From NCBI GenBank assembly GCA_951406725.2, contig OX597815.1, positions 35,526,001 through 35,590,000 of the forward strand: a stretch of 64,000 nt of DNA. The letters run 5' to 3'. This DNA is from Octopus vulgaris. Lineage: Eukaryota. Position numbers and translations under genes: made by a program. The first letter of the stretch is position 1, and each line of letters starts with the position of its first letter. Below, piece by piece: positions 24,818 through 37,654 of the stretch. The notes beneath the pieces are model-generated. The model had not been told where the DNA came from. It searched no databases and saw only the letters and a list, made by a program, of their open reading frames with translations.

Positions 24818-25024
24818 GTGAGTATTTTGGACTGTCTCAAAACCTTTTAGAATGTAACACCAGTTTTCCCTTGGCGCGATATATAATTGAGGGAATTAGC
24901 TGACCTCTATTCCAATATATATCTACTATACTGTTTCTATCTATTTTCTTTGTTTCCTTTCGTGATATGTTCTTTTCAATGAATATTCATAAATTAAACA
25001 TTTAAGAGAAATTAAATATATATA

Positions 25025-26470
25025 CAGGCATAACTCGGCTTAAGTCGTTTCGATTTAAGTCGTTCTCGATTATAGTCGGTTTTCAAAAATAATATAAGGA
25101 AAAATTAAAATCAAGTAAAGTCATTTTACTCGACTTTACGTCTGTCCGCCACAACTATCGGAATCGTAAAATCACTAGAAAACCGTTAAAAGCACATAAA
25201 ATCATGTTACTGTATAATAAATAAGAATAAAAGCATATAAAATCATATTAAAATACGTACAGTAAAGTTGTGTAGCTTAGTGAACGAAATCATGAAATCA
25301 ACTATGTTGTCTTATTTATCGGTCTTTTGGAGCTCCTATTGCACTTCAGCACCAATATCTGCCGTTAGGCGTCGTTGTCACTCTTGATACCTGCGATTAT
25401 TTTTAATTCAAATTTGTTTACGCCTGTTTATTGGCTACTTTCTCATTCTCATTCATTTGTGACTTTATTTTTTTGCCCCCACGGCTCCTAAAAATTCATA
25501 TTGAAAGTGTTAAGCATTATGCTATAACGCTGGAAGGTAAACTGGCTATGATAAAATGTCATGAAAAAGGTGAAAAAGTGGTAGCAATTGCACAATCTTT
25601 TGGGATGAGTCGGATAACTCTATCGATGATTCTACATAATGAGGACAAGATTTCAGCACATATCAAATCTGAAGCCCAGGGATGAAAAACATTGTCATCA
25701 ATAAGAAAAGGAGCAAAATTTTTGAAGAAATGGAAAGTCTTCTTTCTCTTTGGAGTCTTAGGTTGAATCGTCAGTGTGCTATTATTAGTCATGAAAACAT
25801 TAGTCAAATCATTCTTGACTGTTAGTCAAGAAAAGGTTGTCTTTGTTTGAGGACCTGAAGAGAAAATATCTAGACGATAAAGATGTAGAGTTCAAGGCAA
25901 GTCAATGAGGGTTCATGAGATTTAAGGAGCGAAGTTATCACTCCATTAAGAAGCAAGGTGAAAGTACATCAGCTGACGAACAAGCAGCAGCGGAATATCC
26001 TAATGCATTAAAGAAAATCATCGAAAAAAAAACGGGTTTCTTCCCGAACAGATTTTTAACGGAAACGAAACTAGATTGTATTGGAAAAAAAACTGCCTGA
26101 CCGTTCATTTATTTCCTAGGTGGAGAAAAGTATTCCAGGCAACAAGGTCTCAAAAGAACGTGTGACCATTATGTTGGGAGGTAATTGTGTAGGAGATTTT
26201 AGGTTAAAGCCATTGCTTGTGTATCATGCACACAACCCCCGTTCCCTGATGAACATACCCAAGGCATCTCTCCTTGTTATATCGATGGCTAATTCTAAGG
26301 CATGGGTTACTGTTGTCGCTTTTGAAGCAGAGAAATACTGTAAAGAGAAGGGGATTCCTTTTAAGGTTTTACATATCTTGGATAATGCTCCATATCTTAG
26401 ATAATGCAACCAATGGATTAGGGAATAATTGCTATCTAAGCAACCAATGGATTAGGGAATAATTGCTATC
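25025..26470 (+). mobile_element. Tigger/pogo transposon relic (HTH, CENP-B-like and DDE_1 fragments)
   Basis: TA|CAGGCATAACTCG end. ORFs 25431-25685 (ITLEGKLAMIK...GEKVVAIAQSFGMS) and 26120-26404 (KERVTIMLGGN...LKPLLVY...NPRSL, LHILDNAP). Confidence 0.85.
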
Positions 26471-27936
26471 TAAGCTGCAACTGGTCTTTATAAGTCCATA
26501 ACACTTCGTGATATTTGGCCTAATGGGCCAAAACGGTCTAACCTGAAATCTTTTGCCCCAGTGCTGGGGCAAAACGGACCATCACTTTATACACTAAATT
26601 TCACATTTGTCACCCCTATTAACCCGTGAACAGTTAGATTTTGCTATAACGCACATTTTCCACTGAATTCAACCAGAGTATCTTCGTGACTAGGTGGAAA
26701 CTAGTTTGATAGTTAAGCTCTGATTGGCTGTATGCAAATGAGTTCATAACTGGGGTCCGGAACTCTCGTGGGGAAAAAATTCGCTGGCCGGGGACAAATA
26801 TTACAGGGCTCAATGCATTGATTTTCACGGGCGCCTATAAGATGGCCTTGTATGAACACCCCATTATCCGATCTTTCTTTTGTAAATATAATATTTTATA
26901 TTTACAGATTGTAAGTTACTCTTTGTTTTTCAGAGCGTGGAGAAGAGAGTTTTATTGTAGCTTATATCGTACCTTTTATCTAGACACAGTGTCAAATAAA
27001 TATTTATTGGCGGTTGTAGTATTCATACTTTCATCAAGGACGTAGTTCTTTAGATAAGGCACAGCATCAGATAAATAAATAAGAAAAGTTGTAGTTTATA
27101 TACATTTAGCAAGGACATGCATAGTATAGGTAAAGTGAGTTTCTATTTAACGAAAGCTAGCTGATGTAGTGATTAAGTCGATTATATCGATCCCAGTGAT
27201 TAACTGGTACTTATTTAATCAACCCCGAAAGGATGAAAGGCAATGTCGACCTCGGCGGAATTTGAACTCAGAGCGTAACGGCAGACGAAATACCGGTAGG
27301 CATTTCGCCCGGCGTGCTAACGTTTCTGCCAGCTCTCCGCCTGTTGCTAAACACAACACCCAACTGCTATAAGGCTGGGTCACTAAGTTGTTATGTCCTG
27401 TATCAGGACCGCTTCTTTGCACGCTGTTAATAAATATTGATTTCAAACAGTGGTACACTGATACAAATTGATTGGGTGAATAGTCAATCATATTAATCTC
27501 AGTATTTTGACTGATACCCTTAAAAGGATGGAATGCAAAATTTATGTTGGTGGAATCATAAATCTGTACGTAAAGAGAACTAAAGAACGTATGTCGTTTT
27601 AACCCCGCCACTTTACTGATTCTACCAAACCGCAGCTGCTTGTTAAATATTAGAAGACAATACTGATACCGGGACAAGTAGGTTACACAGCAGCAGCAGC
27701 AATTGAAATTTGATACACGTTAAACATCACTAGAATACATGTATGTCATTAAATTAAAGCTAAACATAATCTTACAAAAAAAAAAAACTGAACTTCGTTT
27801 CGAATAACTTGCGATTTCTCTAATTATTCAGATAAGAATTAAGCTCTTGACATAAATTTATTACCTGACTGGTCTTTGCTGTTAGCACAACGATAACTAC
27901 CTAATAACTTCTCATCAGCAAAAAAGTGTTGAAGCA

Positions 27937-28087
27937 ATGATGTTTAACCCCAGATTTTTGTCTTTTTCTTGGACCAGAATTAATTACCAAGTTTTTGCTC
28001 AGCACAAACTCTTCAAAAACCCTACAAGATATTACTGTAAACCCAAAGCACTGCAACTTAAATATGATGCTGTTATTATTGGAGCAG
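27937..28087 (+). CDS. PYROXD2: PYROXD2 exon ending YDAVIIGAG; 5' limit uncertain (ATG 27937, or acceptor at 27954 or 27978)
   Basis: In-frame [18 protein letters not shown]...[10 protein letters not shown]; donor GCAG/gttttc. Confidence 0.8.
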
Positions 28088-31000
28088 GTTTTCTTCGTCT
28101 TTTCTGATTTAAATTTTTTAAATTATTCTGTGTGCTTTGTTTCTTCGATTTTAAATGTCAATATTATTTTAAAGAAGATATTTTGTTAATCGCTTATAGG
28201 TTAAAGCCCTTCACTTGTATTCCATTAGTAAGGGAAATGCATCAATATTACAATATTACAAGGGTTCAGAGGGAAGGGCCTTCGTCGATTCTATTGACTC
28301 CAATACTTCACTGGTACTTTATTTCGTCGACTTTGCCTTTCATCCTTTCGGGGTCGATAAATTAAGTACCAGTTGCGCACTGGGGTCGCTGTAATCGACT
28401 TAATCCGTTTGTCTGTCCTTGTTTGTCCACTCTATGTTTAGCCCCTTGTGGGTAGTACAGAAATAGGTACTTTATTTCATCGATCTCTAAAGGGTGAAAA
28501 GCAAAGTTAATCTCCCCGATGCCAACTCTGCTTTTCATCCTTTGGGGGGGGGGTCGATAAAATAAAGTGCAAGTGCAGTACTGGAGTCAATGGAATCGAT
28601 TAAGGCCTTCCTCTTATTATAATTCTATGGCTGCGAGCTGGCGGAATCGGTAGCACACTGAGCAAAATGCACGTTAGACTTAACCTTTCTGCACGTTCGA
28701 CTTAACCTTTCATCCTTTCGGGGTCGATAAATTAAGTACCAGTGAAACACTGGAGTTAATGTAATCGACTACTTACCTCCCTCAAAAATGTCAGTCCTTG
28801 TACTTTTAATAAAAAGAATTACTATTGCTATTATTAAGGCAGCGAGCAGGCAGAATCGTTAGCGCGCAGGGCAAAAATACCTAGCAGTACAGTAATAGTT
28901 CACTTTACAAGGACCCGCTTTACGAGATCCTGGATTTACGAGTTTTATTTTTCAAGCACAAGCTCTTTTCTTTTTTTTTTTTGAACAAAGTGCAGAAGTT
29001 TCTACTACCATAACAAATGCTTCTGCATATTACTAAGAAATTTATAGAGAGTGTTTTTTTTTTTTACGAGTGTGTAACGTTTAGGTTTTAATTAGTATAG
29101 TTACCAATCGTAACGGGTAAGATTGATTAGGTACACAATAATATGAAATGTCGGAGTCAGCAGTTGTAACGATAATAAGAAGAGTGGTCTCGGTGCGCGC
29201 ACTCGCGTACTCGCGCATCCGCGCTAGCTAGTCGTGGCTAGTCGATCCTACAACGACTACCCAGCAAAGTAAATAAAACAGAAAATAAATAATTTTTTTA
29301 ACACAAAGTAAATAATTTTTTTAACACAAAGTAAATAATTTTTTTTTTCTAAACAACGTAAATAATTTTTGTTAACAAATTAAATAGATATAACACACTA
29401 CCCGTTTTTGGTACCCCCATTATACTCTTAAAACGTCGTTTTATGTTTTAATAACTTTCAACCGAATTTGTATGAACATTTGTTATCGGATCGACAAAAT
29501 TTTCGCAAGGGTTCATACCAGCATCAGTTGTCATGCGATGTTGGCGGGGAGGAACAAGCACAGACACACAAACATATACACACACATGTATATATATATA
29601 TACATATATACGATGGCCTTCTTTCAGTTTCCGTCTACTAAATCCACTCACAAGGCTTTGGTCGGCCCGATGCTATAGTAGAAGACACTTACTGAAGGTG
29701 CCATGCACTGAGACTGAACCCAGAACCATGTGGTTCGTAAGCAAGCTACTTACTACACAGCCACTCCTATGCCTATGGAAAACTAGCAACAACAATAATA
29801 ATAATTTCTTTCTAATTTTGGCACAAGGCCAGTAATTTTGAGTGGTTGGGGTAATTGATTACATTAGCCGTAGTGCTCAACTAGTACTTATTTTATTAAC
29901 CCTGAAAGCAATAAAGGCAAAGTCGACCTTGGTGAGATTTGAACTCAGAACATGAAGATGGGCAAAATGCTGCTAGGTAACAGTTTAGCCTTATGAGTGG
30001 ATTTGGTAGATGGAAACTGAAAGAAGCCCATCGTATATATGTATATATATATATATGTATGTGTGTGTATATGCTTGTGTGTCTGTGTTTGTCCCCCCCC
30101 CCCCCCCCCAACATCACATGACACTGATGTTGGTATGTTTACATCCCTGTAACTTAGTAGTTCGGCAAAAGAGACCGATAGAATAAGTACTAGGCTTACA
30201 AAGAATAAGTCCTGGGGTCGATTTACTAGACTAAAGACGGTGCTCCAGCATGGCCACAGTCACATGACTGAAACAAGTAAAAGAGTAAAGAGTAAGAGTA
30301 TTGAATGCAAGGAAATTTCTGAAGTATGTTTCACAATAGATTATTTTAAACCCCTCTTCATTTTAGTTACTTATTCTGTGATTCATTTGTGTTAATTATT
30401 CTATGACTTTCATTCTCTTTGTTATTCTTTGATTCATCTTCCTCTCTCTTTCTGTGTTTCAGGACACAATGGATTGATCACTGTAAGTTGAAGTTCAATT
30501 TTTTTGCTTTACAATGTTTTAATTCTCTCCTGATTAATTTAGATTAGATCTCTCATTCACCCTGTCTTTTTTCTTCCTCTAGTCTCTCTTCTCCTTTTTC
30601 TCTCAGGGATGTGAGAGTAGGGGCAGAAAAAAGAATGATTTTGATACCAAGAAGATGGAAGAATGCAAAGATGTGGTCAAATGCAATGACACCTTCAATG
30701 CTTAAGCATATGGTCCACCTCAATACAATCTACTCTCTCACCCTCATTTTGAATCCAACAGTCTGATGGGAAAGACTTGATTGTTTCAATAATCTGATTC
30801 AAGTAACTCTACATTGATCTTTATTCAATGGCTCATCCCATTATTTCTGGGAGGTGATAGCAGTTATGGAGATAATGATTTTTTTTTGGGGTGGGGTTGT
30901 TATTTAGTCTTAAGTCAGCCATGATCTAGAAAAGCTTAATTCCAAAACTGTTTCAACTACAGTTAACATACTTCCATTTTAAGATAGTGGGAAGATTTGG

Positions 31001-33190
31001 CTGCTATTTCCAGTAGGGTAAGCAATTATGTAGAGGCCTTCATTCCTCTTTGGCTCACTTGTGATACTTGTGGCAGTGATGGTGAATTTAAGAAGTTAAT
31101 CTTTCAATTTATTAAAGTAAACAATTAAGTCTTCAAATGAACCACATGTTTGAGCAGTCAACATATATTATTAACAACTATTCCTTTCGCAGGCTGCCTA
31201 CCTACAGAAAGCTGGCTTGAAGGTTTGTGTCTTGGAGAAACGTCATGTAATTGGTGGAGCAGCTGTAACAGAGGAAATAATACCAGGTAAGTGTTTCATA
31301 TAATTAAACCTTAAGTAACTCATTGTTTTAATGTCTACCTTTTCCAGACATACATGGGAATTCATTGTGGCAGGTTTTCTACAACTAGTCACCTTGCCTG
31401 TCACCAACACTCAGCTGTTTCCAGGCAATTTTCCATACAGGGTTTACATATGTACATAACTGACAGGCCCCTGATATTAAATAAAATGCTAAGCACTTAT
31501 AGTATGGAAATTAATTGCTACAGCTTTGTATAGCTACTGGATTCGATGAGTATACAAACAGATTGGTTGCTTGTTTCTCTGGGATTGATCAAATTGATGT
31601 GGAAACTTCTAATGAGAACCCAATAATGAAGGCAGGAGAATACATCAGCCGAAACATTATGATGGCAACAAACAAGATGAGGACACCTATCAGTCCATTG
31701 TAAATAATAATGTACATAATTCCTCATCTCAAAAATATAGAATAGTATAATCAGTCCCAGTACTGGACTTTATTTATTGACCCTTGGCAGGGATGGAACT
31801 CAGAGTGCAGAAGACCAAAACAAATACCACTGCTGCTGCAACTATAACAACAACAACTGCAACTACTACTACAACTACTACTACTACTACTACATACCTT
31901 GTTTGTTGTCTCACCGTTGTTCTAAATTCTATTGTACTGGAGTTTATTTTGTGTCATTCCTACTTAATCTAATGAAATCAAGTCGGCAGATGATATAACT
32001 TCCTGCTTACAAAAATAAAAATGTTTCTAATCAAAGCAAGCAATTATTATATAATTCAATGTCCTTTTATGTAACCCCATGTACATTTGATGCCAAACTA
32101 GCCATGTAATTGATGCTACTCCTACTAATCATTCTAGGATTCAAGTTTTCCAGAGCTTCATATCTGCTGAGTTTGTTACGGCCACAGATTTACAAAGATT
32201 TGGAACTGAAGGTATATCATTTATATTCTTTTACTTGTTTCACTCATTGGACTACAGCCATGCTGGTGCACTGAAAGGTTTAGATGATCAAATCAACCCC
32301 AGTTCTTATTCATTTGTAGAAGTCTGGTACTTAAATTATGAGCCTCTTTTTGTTGATCCACTAAGGTTCAGGAATGTAAATAAACCAACACCTGTTGTTA
32401 ACAGTTGTGAAGTAGTGAGACAAACACAGGCACTCACACTCATATACATACATACATGGTTGGCGTTAGGAAGGGCATCAAGCTGTAGAAACTCTGCCAG
32501 ATCAAATTGGAGCCTGTGATGATGATGATGATGGTGGTGGTGAGAAAAATGTCAGAATTTTTTGTAAAAGTCCTTTTATTTCTTCATTATTATTATTATT
32601 AGCGCTTTTGTTCCTCTCAAGAACTTATAAAATACAATTTTGTGAATGTACAAACAGCTTGTTCATTTATATAAAACAGACGTTTTTTTGAGGGGGGATT
32701 GTTTAGAAGAGAACATTGTTTGTTTTTTTGGGGGTGAGGTTCCAAGACAATGGAGATGGATAGATATAAATATAGGTAGGTAGATAGGCTGACGGATATG
32801 AATGGGTAGAAGGAAAGAGAGAGAGAAAAGGTATCCACCTTCCTATTCACCATTCATTCATTTATTTAATTATTTTCCCCTTACCATTATATTGGAATGG
32901 GTTTAATGATGGTGACCACTTAAAAAAAAGAAAGAAAGAAAGGAAAAACAGGTGTGGTTTGGTCATCACTGAAAGTCTTTTTGCTTTCTTTCTATTTCTC
33001 TTCTTTCTTTTTCCTTTTTCCCTTTCTTCTTTTCATTTTTTTCCTTTTTCCTCCATTCTTTTTCTCCTCTTTGAGTTATATTTAGAATATACCCCTTCCA
33101 AACATTCATTTTTGGAGGGAAGTTTTTGATACATGAAAATACATTAGTATAATATTTGCAAATTAACAAATAAAATAAAACGAATATATA

Positions 33191-33221
<31 letters not shown>

Positions 33222-36200
33222 CTACGTAAAGCTAGAACATCCCAATGCTACACATATGTATCTGAACAGGTTTAGAGATGAGCTACATTTAGAATAAAGA
33301 ATTCAAATTCTCCATTTTACCTTCAAACATTCAATTTTAGGGAGGATTCCTTGATGAAGTGTGAGTGTGTGTGTGTGTGCATGTTTCCTTGTGTGTGTGT
33401 ATTTGGGAATATGTCCATGTTTATACTGTGTAACTTTGATCACACCTCTTTCAATTCCATGATTTTGCATTAGAAAACATTAGTATAACACTTACAAACA
33501 TACTGTCTCTGCTTTTCTTTCAAACATTCAACTTTGGAGAGAATTTTTTGATGAAATGTAGTTCCATTGCTTTTCGGTATTGCGGATCATCCCATGCACA
33601 TTTGTAAAAGGGAAAAATTTTGAATTTTCCATCGCCACATATTTCTAGATACTTACTTAATGGAATCTTGCGTAATTCCAGATGCTTACTTAATGGAATC
33701 TTCCTTAATTCTTCTTGTTGGATATGTTGCCTGTAGATTCTTGCACGTTGGCAGAGGGAATTATTTGCTTTGCCAATGTAATTTTCTTTGCAGTTTGGGC
33801 AGGTAATGTAGTATATGAGGTTTTGCGTTTTGCAGTTCATATTTATTTTAAAAAGGAATCTGATAGATGTATGTGTGTGTGTGGGTGGATGTGGCATGGC
33901 TGTGTGGTTAAGAAGCTTACTTCCCAACCATGTGGCCTTGGGTTCAGTCCCGCTGCACAACACTTTGGGTGTCTTTGCTAAAGTGGATTGGGTACATGGA
34001 AATTGAAAGAAATCTATCATGTGTGTGCGTCTGTGGTGGAGGTGCATGTGTATTTGTGTGTGTTTGCTCCCACAGCTGCTTGACAACTAGTGTTGGTTTG
34101 TTTATGTCCCTGTAATTTAGCCGTTCAGTAAAAGGGTCTAATACAATTAATACTGAAGTTAATTAATTCAGCTAAAACCAATCAGGGTGGTGTCCCAGCA
34201 TGGCCACAGTCCAATGACTGAAACAAGTAAAAGCTAAAATGTAACGATAAATAATATATACACACATATATCCATATGCGTGCATACATACATATATTTA
34301 TTCATTTATTTGTATTTATGACTAGCAGTATCACTCAGCGTTGCTTGGGTTTGTTTCGACCCTTTCGAATTGGAATTTTTGAAAAGTAAAAATTTAGCAT
34401 TATGTAGACAATGTATCCAACCATATCACAAAATAACTACATATCTGTATTACTAATATATTTAGCTTCTGCAAAGGCAATAAATTTACAAGAACTGTAA
34501 GAGCATTAGACACATCCATTGTGATATTTCATTACATCCTGTAATGACTTCACTTCAATTCCTTCTGAGAACAACTGTGCCTTTTGTCCTTTTCAGGTCA
34601 ATGGAATAAATTACTGGGGTAAATTTAATCAGCTATGCCTTCTCCAGAATGTATGGCATTGTACTAATGTTAGAAAGCAATATATTTAGGTTGTGCAATG
34701 AAAGTTTTAAATGAACAACTGGAAGTTGTGTGTTAAAATCATAACTAAGATTGTACAGAATTGAAAAAAATGGAAGGTGGGTTGATCACTTTTTAAATGC
34801 AAGCTTCGGAGCTTAAAATAATGAATTCAAACATTTTATTTCAACTACTTGATTATGTACATAGACAAGTTAAATATGAAGCTCATTTAAACAAGTTAAA
34901 TATGAAGTCATGCCCCATGTTTCACTGCCATGTAGCATGGCTGTTCATACACATGCATCATACAGTCTACCTTTTACTCTGAGCGAGAGGCCCTTTGTTA
35001 CCAGCAGAGGTAGGAGCTCTCTGAACTTTGTCCAGGCTATTCTGATTCTAGCAGCTACTCTTTCAGAGCATCCACCTTCTCACTACTGACTTGGTCATCT
35101 AGGTAACAGAAACTATCAAATACTAGTAGTTTTTCTCCCTGGAATGTGACAGAAGCTGTTCTCTGCACATTTTCAGTATTTATTGCTTCTGAGCATTTGC
35201 CACGTACAAAAACTATCTTCCCAATTAGCCTTCCTTTGATATTGCCGCACTTCTTAAATGCAAGCTTCAGAGTTTAAAATAATGAATTTAAGCATTTCCC
35301 TAAGATCAAGCAGGTCCATCTACCTGAAGGGATTTGTGGTTTGTCTGCCTTTCTACTTATTAAGATTTTGGTTTTAGCTAGGTTGACTCTAAGGTCCTTC
35401 GATTCTAATCCTTGCTTCCACACTTGAAACTTCTCCTCTAGTTCTGATAGTGACTCAGCAATTAGAGCAAGGTCATCAGCATAGAGGAGCTCCCAGGGGC
35501 ATCCTGTCTTGAATTCCTCTGTTATTGCCTGGAGGACTATGATGAATAAGAGGGGGCTGAGGACTGATCCTTGGTGGACCCCTACCCCTACCCAGAATTC
35601 TTCACTGTATTTGTTGCCAACTCTCACCTTACTGACAGCATCCCTGTACATGGCTTGCACAGCTCTCACTAACCATTCATCTATCCCTAGTTTTCTCATT
35701 AACCACCAGATAAGGGGATCGGGGGAACCTGTCAAAGGTTTTCTCCATGTCAACAAAAGCCAGGTACAGAGGCTTATCTTTGGCTAGGTATTTCTCCTGC
35801 AGCTGTCTTACCAGAAATGTAGCATCAGTAATGCTTTTCCCTGGCATGAACCCAAACTGCATCTCATCTAGGCTGACTCTTTCCCTAATTAGTTGGGCTA
35901 TGACCCTCTCTGTGACCTTCATTACCTGATCCAACAACTTGATCCCTCTGTAATTATTTGTATCTAATGTGTCACCTTTACCTTTGTAGCAGTTGACTAT
36001 GATGCTGCTACACCAGTCATTGGGTATGACTCCTTCTTGTATCACTTGGTTGACTATATGGGTGACTAGGCTATAGCCAACACCGCCAGATATTTCGAGC
36101 ATCTCTGCAAATGATTCCTAATGGGCTGGGGGCTTTCCCTGTCTTCATACCCTTAATTGCTTTATCTACTAAGGTATTGTCAATTTGGATGGCTGGTGCC

Positions 36201-37606
36201 TCTGTTGGGTTGGCATTCAGCAGACTCTCTTTTTCCCATTCATTCACTTTATTTAGTAACCTTTCATAGTGGTATCTCCAAACCTCTCTCTTTGCAGCCT
36301 CGTTTAATGCAAATGAACCATCATCCATGACATCACAATTCTCTCTCACATAGTCTTGCAACACAAAATAGGTCAAGTCTTTGGTACTCATGGTACAGAA
36401 CATTGGCAAATTTTTTTTTATCTGCTTCCCCTCTGGCTAAATAAACCTGTCTCCTAGCTCCCCTTCAGGCAGTCTGATACAATATATATATATAGATTAT
36501 AATAAGAGATATATACATGCATATGTAGTTTATGTATGTTTAGTTCTGGTATGTTGATGTAGTTTATATATATATTTAGATTTGGTAGGTGTATGTTTTG
36601 ATGTCATATGTCTGCACTGCATACTCACAAATAGAGATGACATAATGATTGTGTAATTTTATCTAGTGCAAATAAATTGCCAATTTTCATTTCATCAGCT
36701 ATACTACAATGCATTATAACATACAATTTGCATACATCAACTGTCAAGCTAAGCTGCTACCATTTAATTGTTGTAACAGCAGCCAAAACCACTGTGACTT
36801 GAAACTAAGAAGGAAGATAGTAAGCACATATTCAAGCACAGATAAATACTAGCCACAGGAGAATGTAAGAAATTAAGAATGGTAGTCTGTATCACTATCA
36901 CATAATGTCAAAAATTTAGGTAGCAACACTTGGTGCTGAGTTGTTATTTTCATATCCTGTTCAATATTTACAAAACGGGTCTCCTGTTCTAAATTTACTT
37001 TACATTTCTTTCAATATTTATAAATAAAGTGTATAGTTATTTAAACATTAAGGTGTTTATTTCCAAGAAACTATTATCTTGTCCATAATCTTCTTTGCAC
37101 TCTGTATTCAAAACCACAGTTTACAAATCCTGTATGAGTATAAATAAAGAGGTTTTTAACTACATTCATAAGTTTTCTGAAGACAGCATCAAATTTTAAT
37201 GTAAACATAACTTTATTCTTTCATTTCTTTTTCCAGAAATATGGGTTAAAGATCTTTCTAAGAAATCCAAGTTCTTACACACCGTTGTTGCAACCAAATA
37301 GTTCAAATCCCAAAGCTAAATCTCTCACACTGGGACGAGATGGCCACCTTAATAAACTGCAAATTGCTCAGTTCTCTCAATCTGATGCTGAGGTAAAGAA
37401 TCATAAATTCATTTATTGTAAACACAAATATGTTTTATAAATCTATGTAACATAATAATGAAGGTTTATTAAATGAAGGTTCATAAAATGCATCTTCATT
37501 CAAATTTTTGCACCTATATTATGAAGATATTTTTCATCTTCAATTCCAGTCAACATTTACAAAACAATATTTCACAAACATTTCTAACAAAGGTATAATA
37601 CTGTGA

Positions 37607-37654
<48 letters not shown>

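Noticed and set aside
33866-34086. N-terminal half of the 188-aa ORF as part of a novel gene
   Set aside because: It is antisense read-through of a SINE and a microsatellite fused by chance to the GIY-YIG relic.
34321-34410. Helitron-like end (ACTAGCAGTATCAC...GTTGCTTGGG); similar at 52342
   Set aside because: Short and degraded, with no matching opposite end seen.
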